64,000 nucleotides of DNA, from positions 19,042 through 83,041 of the forward strand of contig CAWAMZ010000036.1 of the NCBI GenBank assembly GCA_963783315.1. Reading direction: 5' to 3'. The notes beneath the pieces were generated by a model, which was not told the DNA's origin, did not search any database, and worked only from the letters and a program-made list of their open reading frames with translations. The DNA comes from an uncultured Bacteroidales bacterium (lineage in GTDB: Bacteria; Bacteroidota; Bacteroidia; Bacteroidales; DASQZP01). The position numbers and the translations under genes were made by a program. Shown in pieces: positions 1 through 9,864 of this stretch; the stretch's first letter is position 1; every line of letters begins with the position of its first letter.

Positions 1-606
1 ACTTCGTTTTATATGATAGTCGGATTGATCACTCCAAATGAAGGACAAATTTTTCTTGATGACCTTGATATTACCCGTGAACCGGTTTACCGCCGGGCAC
101 AGAGGGGAATTGGATATCTTGCCCAGGAAGCATCCGTTTTCAGACAGCTCAGCGTGGAGGATAATATCAAAGCCGTTCTTGAAATGTCTCAGTACAATAA
201 GCAGGAACAAAAAGAGCGAACTGAGATGCTGCTCAATGAATTCGGGCTGCAAAAAATACGAAAAAGCCTTGGTATTCAGCTTTCAGGAGGAGAAAGGCGA
301 AGGACAGAAATTGCCCGGGCCCTGGCCATCAATCCTAAATTCATTTTACTTGATGAACCCTTTGCAGGAGTGGATCCTATTGCCGTTGAAGATATTCAGG
401 AAATTGTGGCTAAATTAAGGGATAAAAATATCGGAATCCTTATCACCGACCATAATGTACATGAAACACTTTCTATTACTGACCGGGCATACCTGCTGTT
501 TGAAGGTGCCATACTTAAGTCAGGAACAGCATCAGAACTTGCAGAAGATGAGCAGGTAAGGCGGGTTTATCTGGGTAAGAATTTTGAGTTGCGTAGTTTT
601 CAGTAA
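1..606 (+). CDS. lptB: LPS export ABC transporter ATP-binding protein LptB (5' end cut by window edge)
   Basis: Frame is open from base 1 (TSFY precedes the first Met at 13). ABC signature LSGGERRR, Walker [14 protein letters not shown]-loop ITDHNV. LptB-like length and tail. Confidence 0.85.
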   Translation, partial: TSFYMIVGLITPNEGQIFLDDLDITREPVYRRAQRGIGYLAQEASVFRQLSVEDNIKAVLEMSQYNKQEQKERTEMLLNEFGLQKIRKSLGIQLSGGERRRTEIARALAINPKFILLDEPFAGVDPIAVEDIQEIVAKLRDKNIGILITDHNVHETLSITDRAYLLFEGAILKSGTASELAEDEQVRRVYLGKNFELRSFQ

Positions 607-657
607 TACCCTGGTGTTAACTTGAATTGCTGTTAAAAAATAAATATTATTTCAGTC

Positions 658-1251
658 TTGTTTGCATATTACTATCAGGTGCTCGGAGTAACTGAACATA
701 GTTCTTCTGAGGTAATCAAGCATGCTTATCGCCATAAAGCCAAATTGTATCATCCCGATACGAGCAAGTATCCCAATGCTCATCAAAGATTTGTTGAGTT
801 GACGGAAGCTTATGAATTTCTTTTTGCACATGCATTACACAAAGAGAAATACACGAGCGCTTATTCAATGAATAATGAAACAAATACCAGAACAGGTCAG
901 GATTTTGTTTCCGGGTGGATGAAGGAAGAACGTGATAAAGCAAGAAAAAAGGCTGCTTATTACGCGAGAATGCGATATATGGATTATAAAAAATCTGCAG
1001 AATTTAAGACTACTTCAATTATGTCTTCCCTGTTGGATTTCTTCTCAATGATTTTTGGGTTGATGGTCATCACCGGATCTGTTTATGGACTGTATACCAT
1101 ACTTTCAGGAAATGATGAGATAACAGTAAATCAGATAGTTATGGCTTTTGCGCTGCTGGTGATTGGCTTGATTATGTTTGTTTTTTCGCTCCAAATGATA
1201 ATTAAAAATAAAAAAGCCTCCGCTAAGGAGGCCTTTGGCACTAAAAATTAA
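658..1251 (+). CDS. membrane-anchored J-domain (DnaJ-like) protein
   Basis: N-terminal J domain YYQVLGV...AYRHKAKLYHPD with the HPD tripeptide. Two hydrophobic helices near the C-terminus. The TTG at 658 is the only start that keeps the J domain intact. Confidence 0.7.
   Translation: MFAYYYQVLGVTEHSSSEVIKHAYRHKAKLYHPDTSKYPNAHQRFVELTEAYEFLFAHALHKEKYTSAYSMNNETNTRTGQDFVSGWMKEERDKARKKAAYYARMRYMDYKKSAEFKTTSIMSSLLDFFSMIFGLMVITGSVYGLYTILSGNDEITVNQIVMAFALLVIGLIMFVFSLQMIIKNKKASAKEAFGTKN
1205..1232 (-). terminator. putative intrinsic terminator of hsp20, lying inside the 3' coding end of the convergent J-domain gene
   Basis: Hairpin GCCTCC (1216-1221), loop GCTAA, GGAGGC (1227-1232). On the minus strand it is followed by UUUUUUAUUUUU (complement of 1204-1215). 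Confidence 0.4.
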
Positions 1252-1683
1252 TTATGAAATTTCTATTTTTTTTGGGGGTTTAACCCTGGCTTCCTCTTTT
1301 TTGGGTATTGTTATTTGTAAAATACCTTCTTTATGAGTAGCCTTGATCTTCTCGGCATTTACAGAATCTGGCAGTGTGAATGTTCTTTTAAAACTGGTAT
1401 AGCCAAATTCCCTGCGAACATAATTATCTTCTTCTTCCTTCACAGTATTTTCTTTTTCAGCAGAAATTGAAAGCATATTGTTGTCGATGTCAATCTTGAA
1501 ATCTTTCTTGTCCAGTCCCGGAGCAGCTACTTCAATTCTGAAATCGTCCTTACCTTCTATGATGTTAACCGCAGGCGTAGTTACTCCTGTTCTGGTTTCA
1601 AAAAAGTTGTTCAGCAGATCTCTGCCGAAAAATTCGTCTACAAATGAAGGAAACATTGAATTTAATTCTCTTGTTGGTAACAT
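1252..1683 (-). CDS. Hsp20/alpha-crystallin family small heat-shock protein
   Basis: 143 aa. Alpha-crystallin core FRIEVAAPGLDKKDFKIDIDNNMLSISAEK...GILQITIPK. SD-like GGGAGGA lies 7 nt upstream of the ATG. Confidence 0.9.
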   Translation of the reverse strand: MLPTRELNSMFPSFVDEFFGRDLLNNFFETRTGVTTPAVNIIEGKDDFRIEVAAPGLDKKDFKIDIDNNMLSISAEKENTVKEEEDNYVRREFGYTSFKRTFTLPDSVNAEKIKATHKEGILQITIPKKEEARVKPPKKIEIS

Positions 1684-1874
1684 AGCTCAATCCTCCCTGT
1701 TTTTTAAATTAAACTTATGTTTTTTTGTAAACGGAATAATTCAATTTCCGTACCACTGCATTTTCAGTCCTGCAATAGGACAAAAAGTCATAACAGGCTA
1801 GTTAATAATGACATAAAGACATAATTTGTGTTGCCGGACAGGTTATTTTGACCGAAATAATTGGCAGTATAGTA

Positions 1875-4800
1875 TTACTGTTTTGCTTTTGGGATAGTAA
1901 AATAAAATCCGGTGCCACTATCTGGTTTGCTTTCTGCCCAGATTTTTCCCTTATGATAATCAACAAAATCTTTGCAGAGAATCAGACCAATTCCGGTTCC
2001 TTTTTCACCCTCTGTACCCGTATTTGAATATGGTTTATCCAGATCGAATAATTTTTTAAGTTCATCCTGCGACATTCCTATACCATTGTCAATCACCGAA
2101 AAAATGACATATTCCTGATCGTAAACCGATGCTTTAAGTAAAATATTTTCTTTCGGATTACTGAATTTGGCAGCATTCATCAGGAGATTTCTGAGTATAG
2201 TTGTCAACATGTTAATGTCGGCAAAAATATGAATTCCTTCCGCTTCATTCCTGGTGACAATCTCTATTTCTTTCTTGCGTGTGAAGTTTATAACTCCCGG
2301 TAAAACTATTTCAAAAGCTTCATTAATATCGGTTTTCGCCGGATTATATTGCAGGGTACCGTTTTGACTTCTTGACCATTGGAGCAGGTTTTCAAGCAGG
2401 TTATAAGCTGTCTGGCTGGATTCCTTCAGTATTTTAAGGAAATATATTTTTTTCTCATCGTCCCATTCCTGCATTCTGTCAATAAGTAATTCACTGTATC
2501 CGAGTATTACATTAAAGGGATTCTTCAGGTCATGGGCAATAATTGAGAACAATTTATCCTTAGTGCTGTTTGATACAGCAAGGGCATCACGCTGATTCAG
2601 CAGTTCCTCACTTTGTTCTTCAATAAATTGCTGACGTTCCTCAAGCTGAAAATTGGATTCTTCCAAATCTTTTGCAACTTCCTGCAGTAATTGATTCTTT
2701 TTTGACAGCTCCTGAGTACGTTCATCAACCAATCCTTCAAGCAGTATTTTTTGTTTTACAACCTGCGACATGCGCCAGCGGAAGAATAGAAATATCATGA
2801 AGCTAATGATGGCCGTCAATATTATTTTGAAAATAATCGTCTGATAAAAGTGTGGATGTACCACAAGATCAATGCTAAGCATATTATCCATCCAGTATCC
2901 ATCACTATTTGTGGCTTTTACCCTGAATGTATAGGTTCCCTTGTCCAGGTTGGTATACTTGGCAATCCTGTTTGCGGCATCAGTATTAATCCAGTTTTTG
3001 TCATATCCATCAAGTTGATACTGATACTTAATTTTATCAGGAGCAGCAAAATGCAGGGCTGCAAATTCGAAAACGATATCTTTTTCGCTGGGATCGAGGT
3101 CAATCCTGTTTACAATATCAACAGGAACTGCGGAGGATGAGTCTCTTAAGCCTGTATTGTATTTTTCAATTTTTCTGTTGTTAACAGTAAGGTCTGTCAA
3201 AACAATGCGGGCATTAGAAGTGTCATTTCTGATCTCCTCTGGTTTGAAAAGAATGAATCCTTTGCTGGTTCCCATGTAAAAACGTCCGCCGGAAAGTCTG
3301 GCTTCAGACTTGTCATCAAAATGATTATCGGGTAATCCATCCCTTACATCATAGTTTTGAAATGTATGGGTTTTGGTGTCGAGCTTTGATAACCCGGATG
3401 CGGTGGTTACCCATATATTATCCTGGCTGTCAGCCAATACGCCATAAATGAATCGCTGGGACAGGCCATCAGATACAGTGTATTTTTCAACACTTTCACT
3501 TGCCGGATCATAACCGTAAAGCCCCAGGCCGATGGTCCCGATCCAAATCTTTCCTTTTGAGTCGATATCAATAGTCTTGACGCTTCCCGGATTAAAAACC
3601 CAGGTGAAATTTCCTTCCTTATAATTATAACGATCCAGGCCACCCACTCCGCCTATCCATAGTGTTGAGTCTTTTGCCTGCCGTATTACCCAATGCTGGT
3701 TTCCCGAGATTGTAGTTGAATCATTGAGGTCAACCTGATAAAGAGTATAAGAAAGATTCTGTTTTGTTTTGTCACGCCATTCAGTACCGGAAATTTTTAA
3801 TAGTCCCCTGGTAAACTGACCAATCCACAGGTTATCCCGGTAATCAAACTCAATCGCATAGATCGAATGATCGATAAGATCTTCATCAAAGGTATAAGTC
3901 TGAAGCTTGTTGTATTCCCGGTCGTATCTGTATAAATACTTAATGGTACTTATCCAGATAGTACTGTCGGGTGCGAGTTTAACCGTGAGTACTTTATTTT
4001 CTTCATAGCTATTCCCGGGAAGAAAATGCCTGAATTTCCATGTTTTTTGGTCCCAGACCAAAAAGCCGTTATAGGTTCCGGTTATCAGATTTCCCTTTGT
4101 ATCTTCAATTGCATCAGTAAATGCATTTATGTCACTTCCTCCAAAACCGCCTTCCTTTTGCACCGAATAGACATTAAATTTCTGGCTCAATTGTGAATAC
4201 CAGGAAATTCCCCTGCCAAAAGTGCCGACAAATACAGTATTGGCCTTATCCGTAAGTATTGAATAGGTTTCATTAGAAGCAATTGATACCGGGTTGATCG
4301 TATTGTGGACATATATTTCTGATGTTTTTTCACCTGGATCAAAGATAAGCAGACCTGATCCTTTTGTAGCCAACAATAATTGCCCCTTATTATCCTGTGC
4401 AATCTGCATTATTCTTGTACAGGTGACTTGTGATTCTGCATTCCAGACATCGTAAGAATCAAAATTATCCTGTTCCGGATCGTATCGTTGCAACCGGCCT
4501 TTTGTCTCTCCTAACCATATATTGTGTTTATCATCTTCAAAAAGGCAGGTAATCTTGTTGGAAGCAAGTGATCCTGTTTTGGATTTATCCTGCAGGTAAG
4601 TTTTTATCTTTCCGTTTTTCAGGTTCATCCGGCTGAGTCCGCCACCTTCTGTTGCAATCCACATATTCTGTGTGCTGTCAATTAGCAGATCGTTGATGAA
4701 ATTTGAACACAATGAGTCTTCCTGTGGGGTGTCGGCTGCCTTTATGTATGAGACTTTTCGGGTTTTATAGTCTACTTTGTTGATACCTCCTCCCTGGGTA

Positions 4801-5231
4801 GCCAACCATATATTGCCAGAGTCATCCTGGCAAATGGCAGGTACCTCACCTGCATTGATTGAATTTTCACCTTTGAGTGCAGTGATGTGACTGAATTTTC
4901 CGGTTATCCTGTTATAAATGTCAACCCCCCATGTGCCGCACCAGATATTTCCGTCCCGGTCTTCGAACAGGCTGTAGACTACATTGATTGTTAATGAATT
5001 AGAGTCGTTATCGTTGGCGAAGTAGTTGTCGAATGAATAACCATTGTACCGGTTCAACCCGTCATAGGTCCCGATCCAGATATAACCCTCTGAATCCTGC
5101 ATCATGCAAAGGATATGCTCTTGAGACAAGCCATCCTCTGATGCAATATGCTGAAAACGCAAACTGCTTTTCTGGCAAAAAATATTGCCTGACAAAAACA
5201 AAAGGAATATGGGTATTAAATTTCGGATCAT
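1875..5231 (-). CDS. sensor histidine kinase with periplasmic two-component-regulator beta-propeller repeats and a Y_Y_Y domain (no receiver or HTH domain)
   Basis: 1118 aa. Signal/anchor at the N-terminus, then many repeats of the DxxGxIWIGT type. Y_Y_Y-like segment KYQYQLDGYDKNW...GTYTFRVKA. One TM helix, a coiled coil, H-box FSIIAHDLKNPF, and HATPase_c motifs (NLLMNAAKFS, DNGIGM, GTGIGL). The protein ends right after the ATPase domain. Confidence 0.85.
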   Translation of the reverse strand: MIRNLIPIFLLFLSGNIFCQKSSLRFQHIASEDGLSQEHILCMMQDSEGYIWIGTYDGLNRYNGYSFDNYFANDNDSNSLTINVVYSLFEDRDGNIWCGTWGVDIYNRITGKFSHITALKGENSINAGEVPAICQDDSGNIWLATQGGGINKVDYKTRKVSYIKAADTPQEDSLCSNFINDLLIDSTQNMWIATEGGGLSRMNLKNGKIKTYLQDKSKTGSLASNKITCLFEDDKHNIWLGETKGRLQRYDPEQDNFDSYDVWNAESQVTCTRIMQIAQDNKGQLLLATKGSGLLIFDPGEKTSEIYVHNTINPVSIASNETYSILTDKANTVFVGTFGRGISWYSQLSQKFNVYSVQKEGGFGGSDINAFTDAIEDTKGNLITGTYNGFLVWDQKTWKFRHFLPGNSYEENKVLTVKLAPDSTIWISTIKYLYRYDREYNKLQTYTFDEDLIDHSIYAIEFDYRDNLWIGQFTRGLLKISGTEWRDKTKQNLSYTLYQVDLNDSTTISGNQHWVIRQAKDSTLWIGGVGGLDRYNYKEGNFTWVFNPGSVKTIDIDSKGKIWIGTIGLGLYGYDPASESVEKYTVSDGLSQRFIYGVLADSQDNIWVTTASGLSKLDTKTHTFQNYDVRDGLPDNHFDDKSEARLSGGRFYMGTSKGFILFKPEEIRNDTSNARIVLTDLTVNNRKIEKYNTGLRDSSSAVPVDIVNRIDLDPSEKDIVFEFAALHFAAPDKIKYQYQLDGYDKNWINTDAANRIAKYTNLDKGTYTFRVKATNSDGYWMDNMLSIDLVVHPHFYQTIIFKIILTAIISFMIFLFFRWRMSQVVKQKILLEGLVDERTQELSKKNQLLQEVAKDLEESNFQLEERQQFIEEQSEELLNQRDALAVSNSTKDKLFSIIAHDLKNPFNVILGYSELLIDRMQEWDDEKKIYFLKILKESSQTAYNLLENLLQWSRSQNGTLQYNPAKTDINEAFEIVLPGVINFTRKKEIEIVTRNEAEGIHIFADINMLTTILRNLLMNAAKFSNPKENILLKASVYDQEYVIFSVIDNGIGMSQDELKKLFDLDKPYSNTGTEGEKGTGIGLILCKDFVDYHKGKIWAESKPDSGTGFYFTIPKAKQ

Positions 5232-5390
5232 GATCCAAATTATGTTGCATCAGGTAGGCAAGCGGAATTTATCCGTAAGTTCTCTGAGGAAAAAGGTTGA
5301 ATAAAATAGAACCACTGAATTATGTAAACTTTAAGCCTGCTATTTTTAGGTAATTTAATAATTTAAAATGCCTGAGTGAAAATATAAATT

Positions 5391-5427
5391 AATTTAAAAA
5401 AATCAAAGGGGAAATTTTTCCCCTTTG
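5391..5427 (-). terminator. intrinsic terminator after the HAMP-GAF gene
   Basis: CAAAGGGG (5404-5411) pairs with CCCCTTTG (5420-5427). On the minus strand the hairpin is followed by a U-run (complement of the A-run at 5391-5403). Confidence 0.6.
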
Positions 5428-5437
5428 TCATGATTTT

Positions 5438-7099
5438 TTACTTGTTATTTCCACGGAGCTTATTCAGTTCAGACGTGAGCTGATCTACTTTTTTCTGCAA
5501 ATCGGTTTCCCTGCGTGCCGACTGTTCCTGGGTTGCTCTCAGCTCTTCCATATTTTGTCTCATTTCTTCTTCCTGTGCTGACATTTCTTCAGCCTGCTGC
5601 TGTGATTGTTCGAGCAGCATGGTGGTTTGAATATTTATTTTTACTGTTGAAATAGTAGAAGCAATGCTTTCACCGATCTTTTCCACAAATTCAATCTGGT
5701 AGGGGTCAATATTTTTAAATGAGGCGATTTCTAGTACTCCGTAGATCTCATCATTCAGTTTTAAAGGCACAATAAGCAGACACCTGGGATTATCGCCGCC
5801 AAGACCGGAGGTTATATTGATATAGTCATTGGGGATTTCGGTCATGTAAATGGTTTCGCCTTCCTGCACACACCTGCCGATCAATCCTTCACCAACTTCA
5901 ATTTGTTTTTCAAGGAACTTTTTCCTGTCATATGCATAACAGGCATTAAGTTCAATGATGACGTGCTCTTTGTCCTGATTATTAAGAATGAAAAGCCCCC
6001 CCTGGTTGGCATCCATATATTTAACCAGCTTGCTGATGATATTATAGGAGAGCTCCTCCATGTTGTCATTATTCTGCCGCAGGATTTCAGAAAATTTAGC
6101 AATACCCTGGGTAGCCCAGTTACGCTGTGAATCTTCAAGTTTACGTTTTTCTTCTTCCTGGGCAGCTTTTTTCAGTTCTTCGCGCATATTAATCAGCGAA
6201 TTACCCAGAATATCCTGCTCACTCAAAGGTTTAAAATCACTTTCGAAATTTCCCTTTCCAATTTCAACCGAGAAATTGGAGATATCTTTTAAGCCGGTTA
6301 CAAGTGAATTCAAAGCAACACTCATTTCACCAATCTCGTCATTGCCTGCTTTTATTTTCTTATCAGGAAGGATACCCTTGGCCATATTGAGGAGAATTCT
6401 TTTAATGTAGTTGATGGGACGCACCAGCGATCTTGCAGTGATTATGGCAATCAGGAAGGATACCAGGATAATGATAATACCCATCCAGATGACAGATTTT
6501 TTAAATTGTGCAAAAGCATTGTCCATCTCGGTTCTTGATTGAGCAACCAATGCATTCTGTTTGTCAATCAATACAGATAACTGATTCAGGATCTTAGTGG
6601 TGGTGGTAATGATTTCACCACCCTCTTCTACCATGGGATTAATCTCAAAAACAACCATCGGATCATCATAACTTTCAAAAGTTGACAATTTATCCATGAT
6701 TGTTTGTTGCATCGGAAACAGTGTGTCGTTAATTGTCGTCAGAATTCTTTCTATACTGTTTTGGTTGGCCTCCGACCAGTTTTCAGAAATTTTAAGTAAT
6801 TTGTCCTTTAGCTCAGGAAATTTGGTTTTGTGCATTTCAATGAGCTTGAGTTTATTCGGTGTTTCTGTTTTCCGGTCGATGTATACCCAGCTTTTAACAA
6901 GCATTTCTGAGTTATTGATCATTTCATAAAGATCACTCAGGTAAGTAGCAGATGGCGTATAAATATTAGTGATTTCTTCGTTTAGCTTCCTGCTGTTATT
7001 AAGCGTCTTAACCGTTAAAGTACCGTTGATGAGAAAAGCAATGATCAATATCCCGAATCCCAGGCTTATCTTGGAAGCAATAGAAAATCTAAATTTCAT
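5438..7099 (-). CDS. transmembrane signalling protein: extracytoplasmic helical sensor, HAMP, GAF and a C-terminal coiled coil, with no recognisable output domain
   Basis: 553 aa. TM1 at aa 8-30 and TM2 [36 protein letters not shown]...[20 protein letters not shown]-like core GGLFILNN...[16 protein letters not shown]...YGVLEIASF. Tail rich in E/Q heptads ([27 protein letters not shown]). Confidence 0.75.
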   Translation of the reverse strand: MKFRFSIASKISLGFGILIIAFLINGTLTVKTLNNSRKLNEEITNIYTPSATYLSDLYEMINNSEMLVKSWVYIDRKTETPNKLKLIEMHKTKFPELKDKLLKISENWSEANQNSIERILTTINDTLFPMQQTIMDKLSTFESYDDPMVVFEINPMVEEGGEIITTTTKILNQLSVLIDKQNALVAQSRTEMDNAFAQFKKSVIWMGIIIILVSFLIAIITARSLVRPINYIKRILLNMAKGILPDKKIKAGNDEIGEMSVALNSLVTGLKDISNFSVEIGKGNFESDFKPLSEQDILGNSLINMREELKKAAQEEEKRKLEDSQRNWATQGIAKFSEILRQNNDNMEELSYNIISKLVKYMDANQGGLFILNNQDKEHVIIELNACYAYDRKKFLEKQIEVGEGLIGRCVQEGETIYMTEIPNDYINITSGLGGDNPRCLLIVPLKLNDEIYGVLEIASFKNIDPYQIEFVEKIGESIASTISTVKINIQTTMLLEQSQQQAEEMSAQEEEMRQNMEELRATQEQSARRETDLQKKVDQLTSELNKLRGNNK

Positions 7100-7214
7100 C
7101 TTTGTTTTTTTTGATATATTGATAACTAAAAAATAGCTGTTTAATTATTAACTACTTATAACCCTTACAATTTAATTACTGATTATACGGGAATTTATCA
7201 AAAAGTTACTTTTT

Positions 7215-8396
7215 TCAGGCGCTTTTTCTCTTCTCAACAGCTTTTTTGAGTTGATTTAGCGATTTTGCAATTGTTTCTGCCGGTGCTGCAATATTCATTC
7301 GCTGAAAACCTTCCCCTCCCGGACCAAACATAGGGCCATCATTTAATCCAAGGCCCGCTTCATGAATCATGAAGTTTTTTAGTTCTTTATTATTCATTTT
7401 CAGTTCTGTGCAATCAAGCCACATCAGATAAGTTGCTTCGGGCTCGGTAAGTTTTATGGCAGGGATATTTTCGTGCAGGTAATTTTTCACCAGTTCTGCA
7501 TTTTTTTGCAGATAAGTCATAAGCTGATCAAGCCATTCATCACCATCGGAATAAGCGGCTTCAAGTGCAACTGTCCCAAACAGATTACCTGAGCCAATAT
7601 GGACCTGCTCAAGCACCTTATTGTAATGATGCCGCAATTCCCTGTCCCTGATAACAAGGAAGGAAGTGGACATTCCGGCAAGATTAAATGTTTTGGATGG
7701 GGCCATGCAGGTAATTGTTTTTGCAGCAATTTCTTCTGAAAGACTTGCTATGGGAATATGCCTGTAACCAGGAAAGATCAGGTCGGAATGTATTTCATCC
7801 GCAATGATCAGAATGTTGTTTTCGATGCATATTTCTGCAAGCTCACGTAATTCTTTTTCGGTAAAAGCCCGGCTGACGGGATTATGCGGATTGCATAAAA
7901 ACAACATTTTCACATCCGGATCAATCTTCTTCTTTAAATCATCAAAGTCAAAATAGTAACGTCCGTTTTCCAGTCGCAGGGGATTGTTTACCATGCGGCG
8001 TCCGTTGTTCTCAATCGCCGCGTAAAAAGGATGGTAGACCGGTGATTGCAGTATAATTTTGTCTCCGGGGCGGGAATATGCCATTACAGCCATGTTGAGA
8101 GCCGGAACCACTCCCGGGCTGAAACTGATCCATTCTTTTTTTATATCCCAGTGATGACGCCGGTGGAGCCAGCTTATGATGGCATTATAATAACCGGCTG
8201 GTTTTATGGAATATCCAAGAATTTCATGTTGAAGTCGTTCTTTTAAAGCTTTAATTATAAAATCGGGTGTCCTGAAATCCATATCAGCCACCCACAAAGG
8301 GATCACATCTTCTTTGCCAAACAATTCCCCGCGTATGTCATATTTTACTGAATTGGTGTTCTCCCTTGGAACAATTTCATCAAAATTATAAGTCAT
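7215..8396 (-). CDS. PLP-dependent class I/II aminotransferase of the MalY/PatB cystathionine beta-lyase (C-S lyase) type
   Basis: 393 aa. Typical N-terminus DEIVPRENTNSVKYD and motifs LWVADMDF, LCNPHNPV, SPSKTFNLAG (PLP lysine). Confidence 0.8.
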   Translation of the reverse strand: MTYNFDEIVPRENTNSVKYDIRGELFGKEDVIPLWVADMDFRTPDFIIKALKERLQHEILGYSIKPAGYYNAIISWLHRRHHWDIKKEWISFSPGVVPALNMAVMAYSRPGDKIILQSPVYHPFYAAIENNGRRMVNNPLRLENGRYYFDFDDLKKKIDPDVKMLFLCNPHNPVSRAFTEKELRELAEICIENNILIIADEIHSDLIFPGYRHIPIASLSEEIAAKTITCMAPSKTFNLAGMSTSFLVIRDRELRHHYNKVLEQVHIGSGNLFGTVALEAAYSDGDEWLDQLMTYLQKNAELVKNYLHENIPAIKLTEPEATYLMWLDCTELKMNNKELKNFMIHEAGLGLNDGPMFGPGGEGFQRMNIAAPAETIAKSLNQLKKAVEKRKSA

Positions 8397-8447
8397 AAAT
8401 AAATATTTTGTTTTTATTGATCGTTATTTTCATCTGGATGGATTCAG

Positions 8448-8921
8448 TTATTCAAAGAACTTTTCGTAGCCCGGGTAATTGAGTTTTTCTTTTGCCTGCT
8501 CAGGGTCCATAACGAAATAGTCAACCTTTCCTTCGGCACAACAGGTTCCCGAATTGTCCAAAAGCCGTGTTTCAACGGTTACAATCCTTTTGTTCTGATT
8601 TATGATTTTTCCGCGCACAGTCAGTGAACCAGCATCAGCATATACTGGTTTTTTAAACTTTACCTCCAGGCGGGCTGTAACACCTGCGGTTTTTGCTTTT
8701 ACATAAACTGTCCAGCTGGCAATCTCATCCATCAGTGTCGATTGGATACCACCGTGTACCACATTCTTGTAGCCTTGCAGGTTTCCTGCTGGTGTCCAGT
8801 TACAAACTATTTCGTCACCGTCTTCAAAAAAATCGAGGTGAAGGCCGTCGGGATTGTCGGGGCTGCAGCCAAAGCAATTATAAGAAGGCTGTCCGGCAAA
8901 TGGGTTTTTGATTTTTCTCAT
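8448..8921 (-). CDS. PaaI/hotdog-fold thioesterase with an N-terminal Cys motif
   Basis: CFGCSPDNPDGLHLDF followed by a hotdog-fold core (VHGGIQSTLMDE). The ATG at 8921 is preferred over the TTG at 8948 given in the ORF track. Confidence 0.65.
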   Translation of the reverse strand: MRKIKNPFAGQPSYNCFGCSPDNPDGLHLDFFEDGDEIVCNWTPAGNLQGYKNVVHGGIQSTLMDEIASWTVYVKAKTAGVTARLEVKFKKPVYADAGSLTVRGKIINQNKRIVTVETRLLDNSGTCCAEGKVDYFVMDPEQAKEKLNYPGYEKFFE

Positions 8922-9084
8922 AACGGAATTATGCTGTCGGAAAAGCAAGATAATCTATCTTGTTCCGATAAATTTAAGCAATCGAAATTAGTGAAAAATC
9001 AACAACAATCAAACCTGTTTGTGTTTCCTTACAGAAGTCAGGAGTATATTTCAGCGAGAGCGATTTTAATTAACACACATAGTG

Positions 9085-9864
9085 TTACATACCATTTTTT
9101 ACATGTTGAATAAAATCTTTTATAGATTTCTGCAGGCTTGCAGTATTGCTGATGGCATTGATAAACGCACTTCCGATAATGGCACCCTGAGCATATTCAC
9201 AAGCAATACGATATGCTTCGTGATTTGAGATTCCAAAACCGATGAGGGCAGGATTCTTCAGATTCATGCTCTGTATTCGGTTGAAATATGCTTTTTGCTG
9301 CTCAGAAATTCCACTGCGGGATCCTGTTATGGAGGCGGAGGAAACCATGTATATAAAACCACTTCCTGTCTGATCAATCAGCCTGATTCTTTCTTCAGAG
9401 GTTTGGGGAGTAATAAGAAAAATATTATGTATATCATGTTGTCTAAACAGGGAGGCGTAATGAGAAGTGTATTCCTGTAGCGGAAGATCCGGCAGAATAA
9501 TTCCGTCAATTCCTGTTTTTTTGCATTCCTGAATGAAAGCTTGCATGCCAAACCTGAGTACAGGATTAAGGTATCCCATCAGGATCAACGGGATATTCAC
9601 CGTTTTACGAATGTCCTTCAACTGGTCAAAAAGTTTATGCAGGCTCATGCCGTTTAACAGTGCCTGATGACTGCATTGCTGAATAACCGGTCCGTCTGCC
9701 ATAGGATCTGAAAAAGGCATGCCAATTTCAATCAGGTCAACTCCGTTTTTTTCGAGTTCCGTGATGATGGTTGCTGTATCATCCAGTTCAGGGTAGCCGG
9801 CAGTAAAATATACAGATAAAATGTTATTTTTTTTCTGTGCAAATAAGTTATCAATTCTGTTCAT
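9085..9864 (-). CDS. trpA: tryptophan synthase alpha chain
   Basis: 259 aa. TrpA-like motifs ([29 protein letters not shown]). 14-nt overlap with trpB. Confidence 0.93.
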   Translation of the reverse strand: MNRIDNLFAQKKNNILSVYFTAGYPELDDTATIITELEKNGVDLIEIGMPFSDPMADGPVIQQCSHQALLNGMSLHKLFDQLKDIRKTVNIPLILMGYLNPVLRFGMQAFIQECKKTGIDGIILPDLPLQEYTSHYASLFRQHDIHNIFLITPQTSEERIRLIDQTGSGFIYMVSSASITGSRSGISEQQKAYFNRIQSMNLKNPALIGFGISNHEAYRIACEYAQGAIIGSAFINAISNTASLQKSIKDFIQHVKNGM

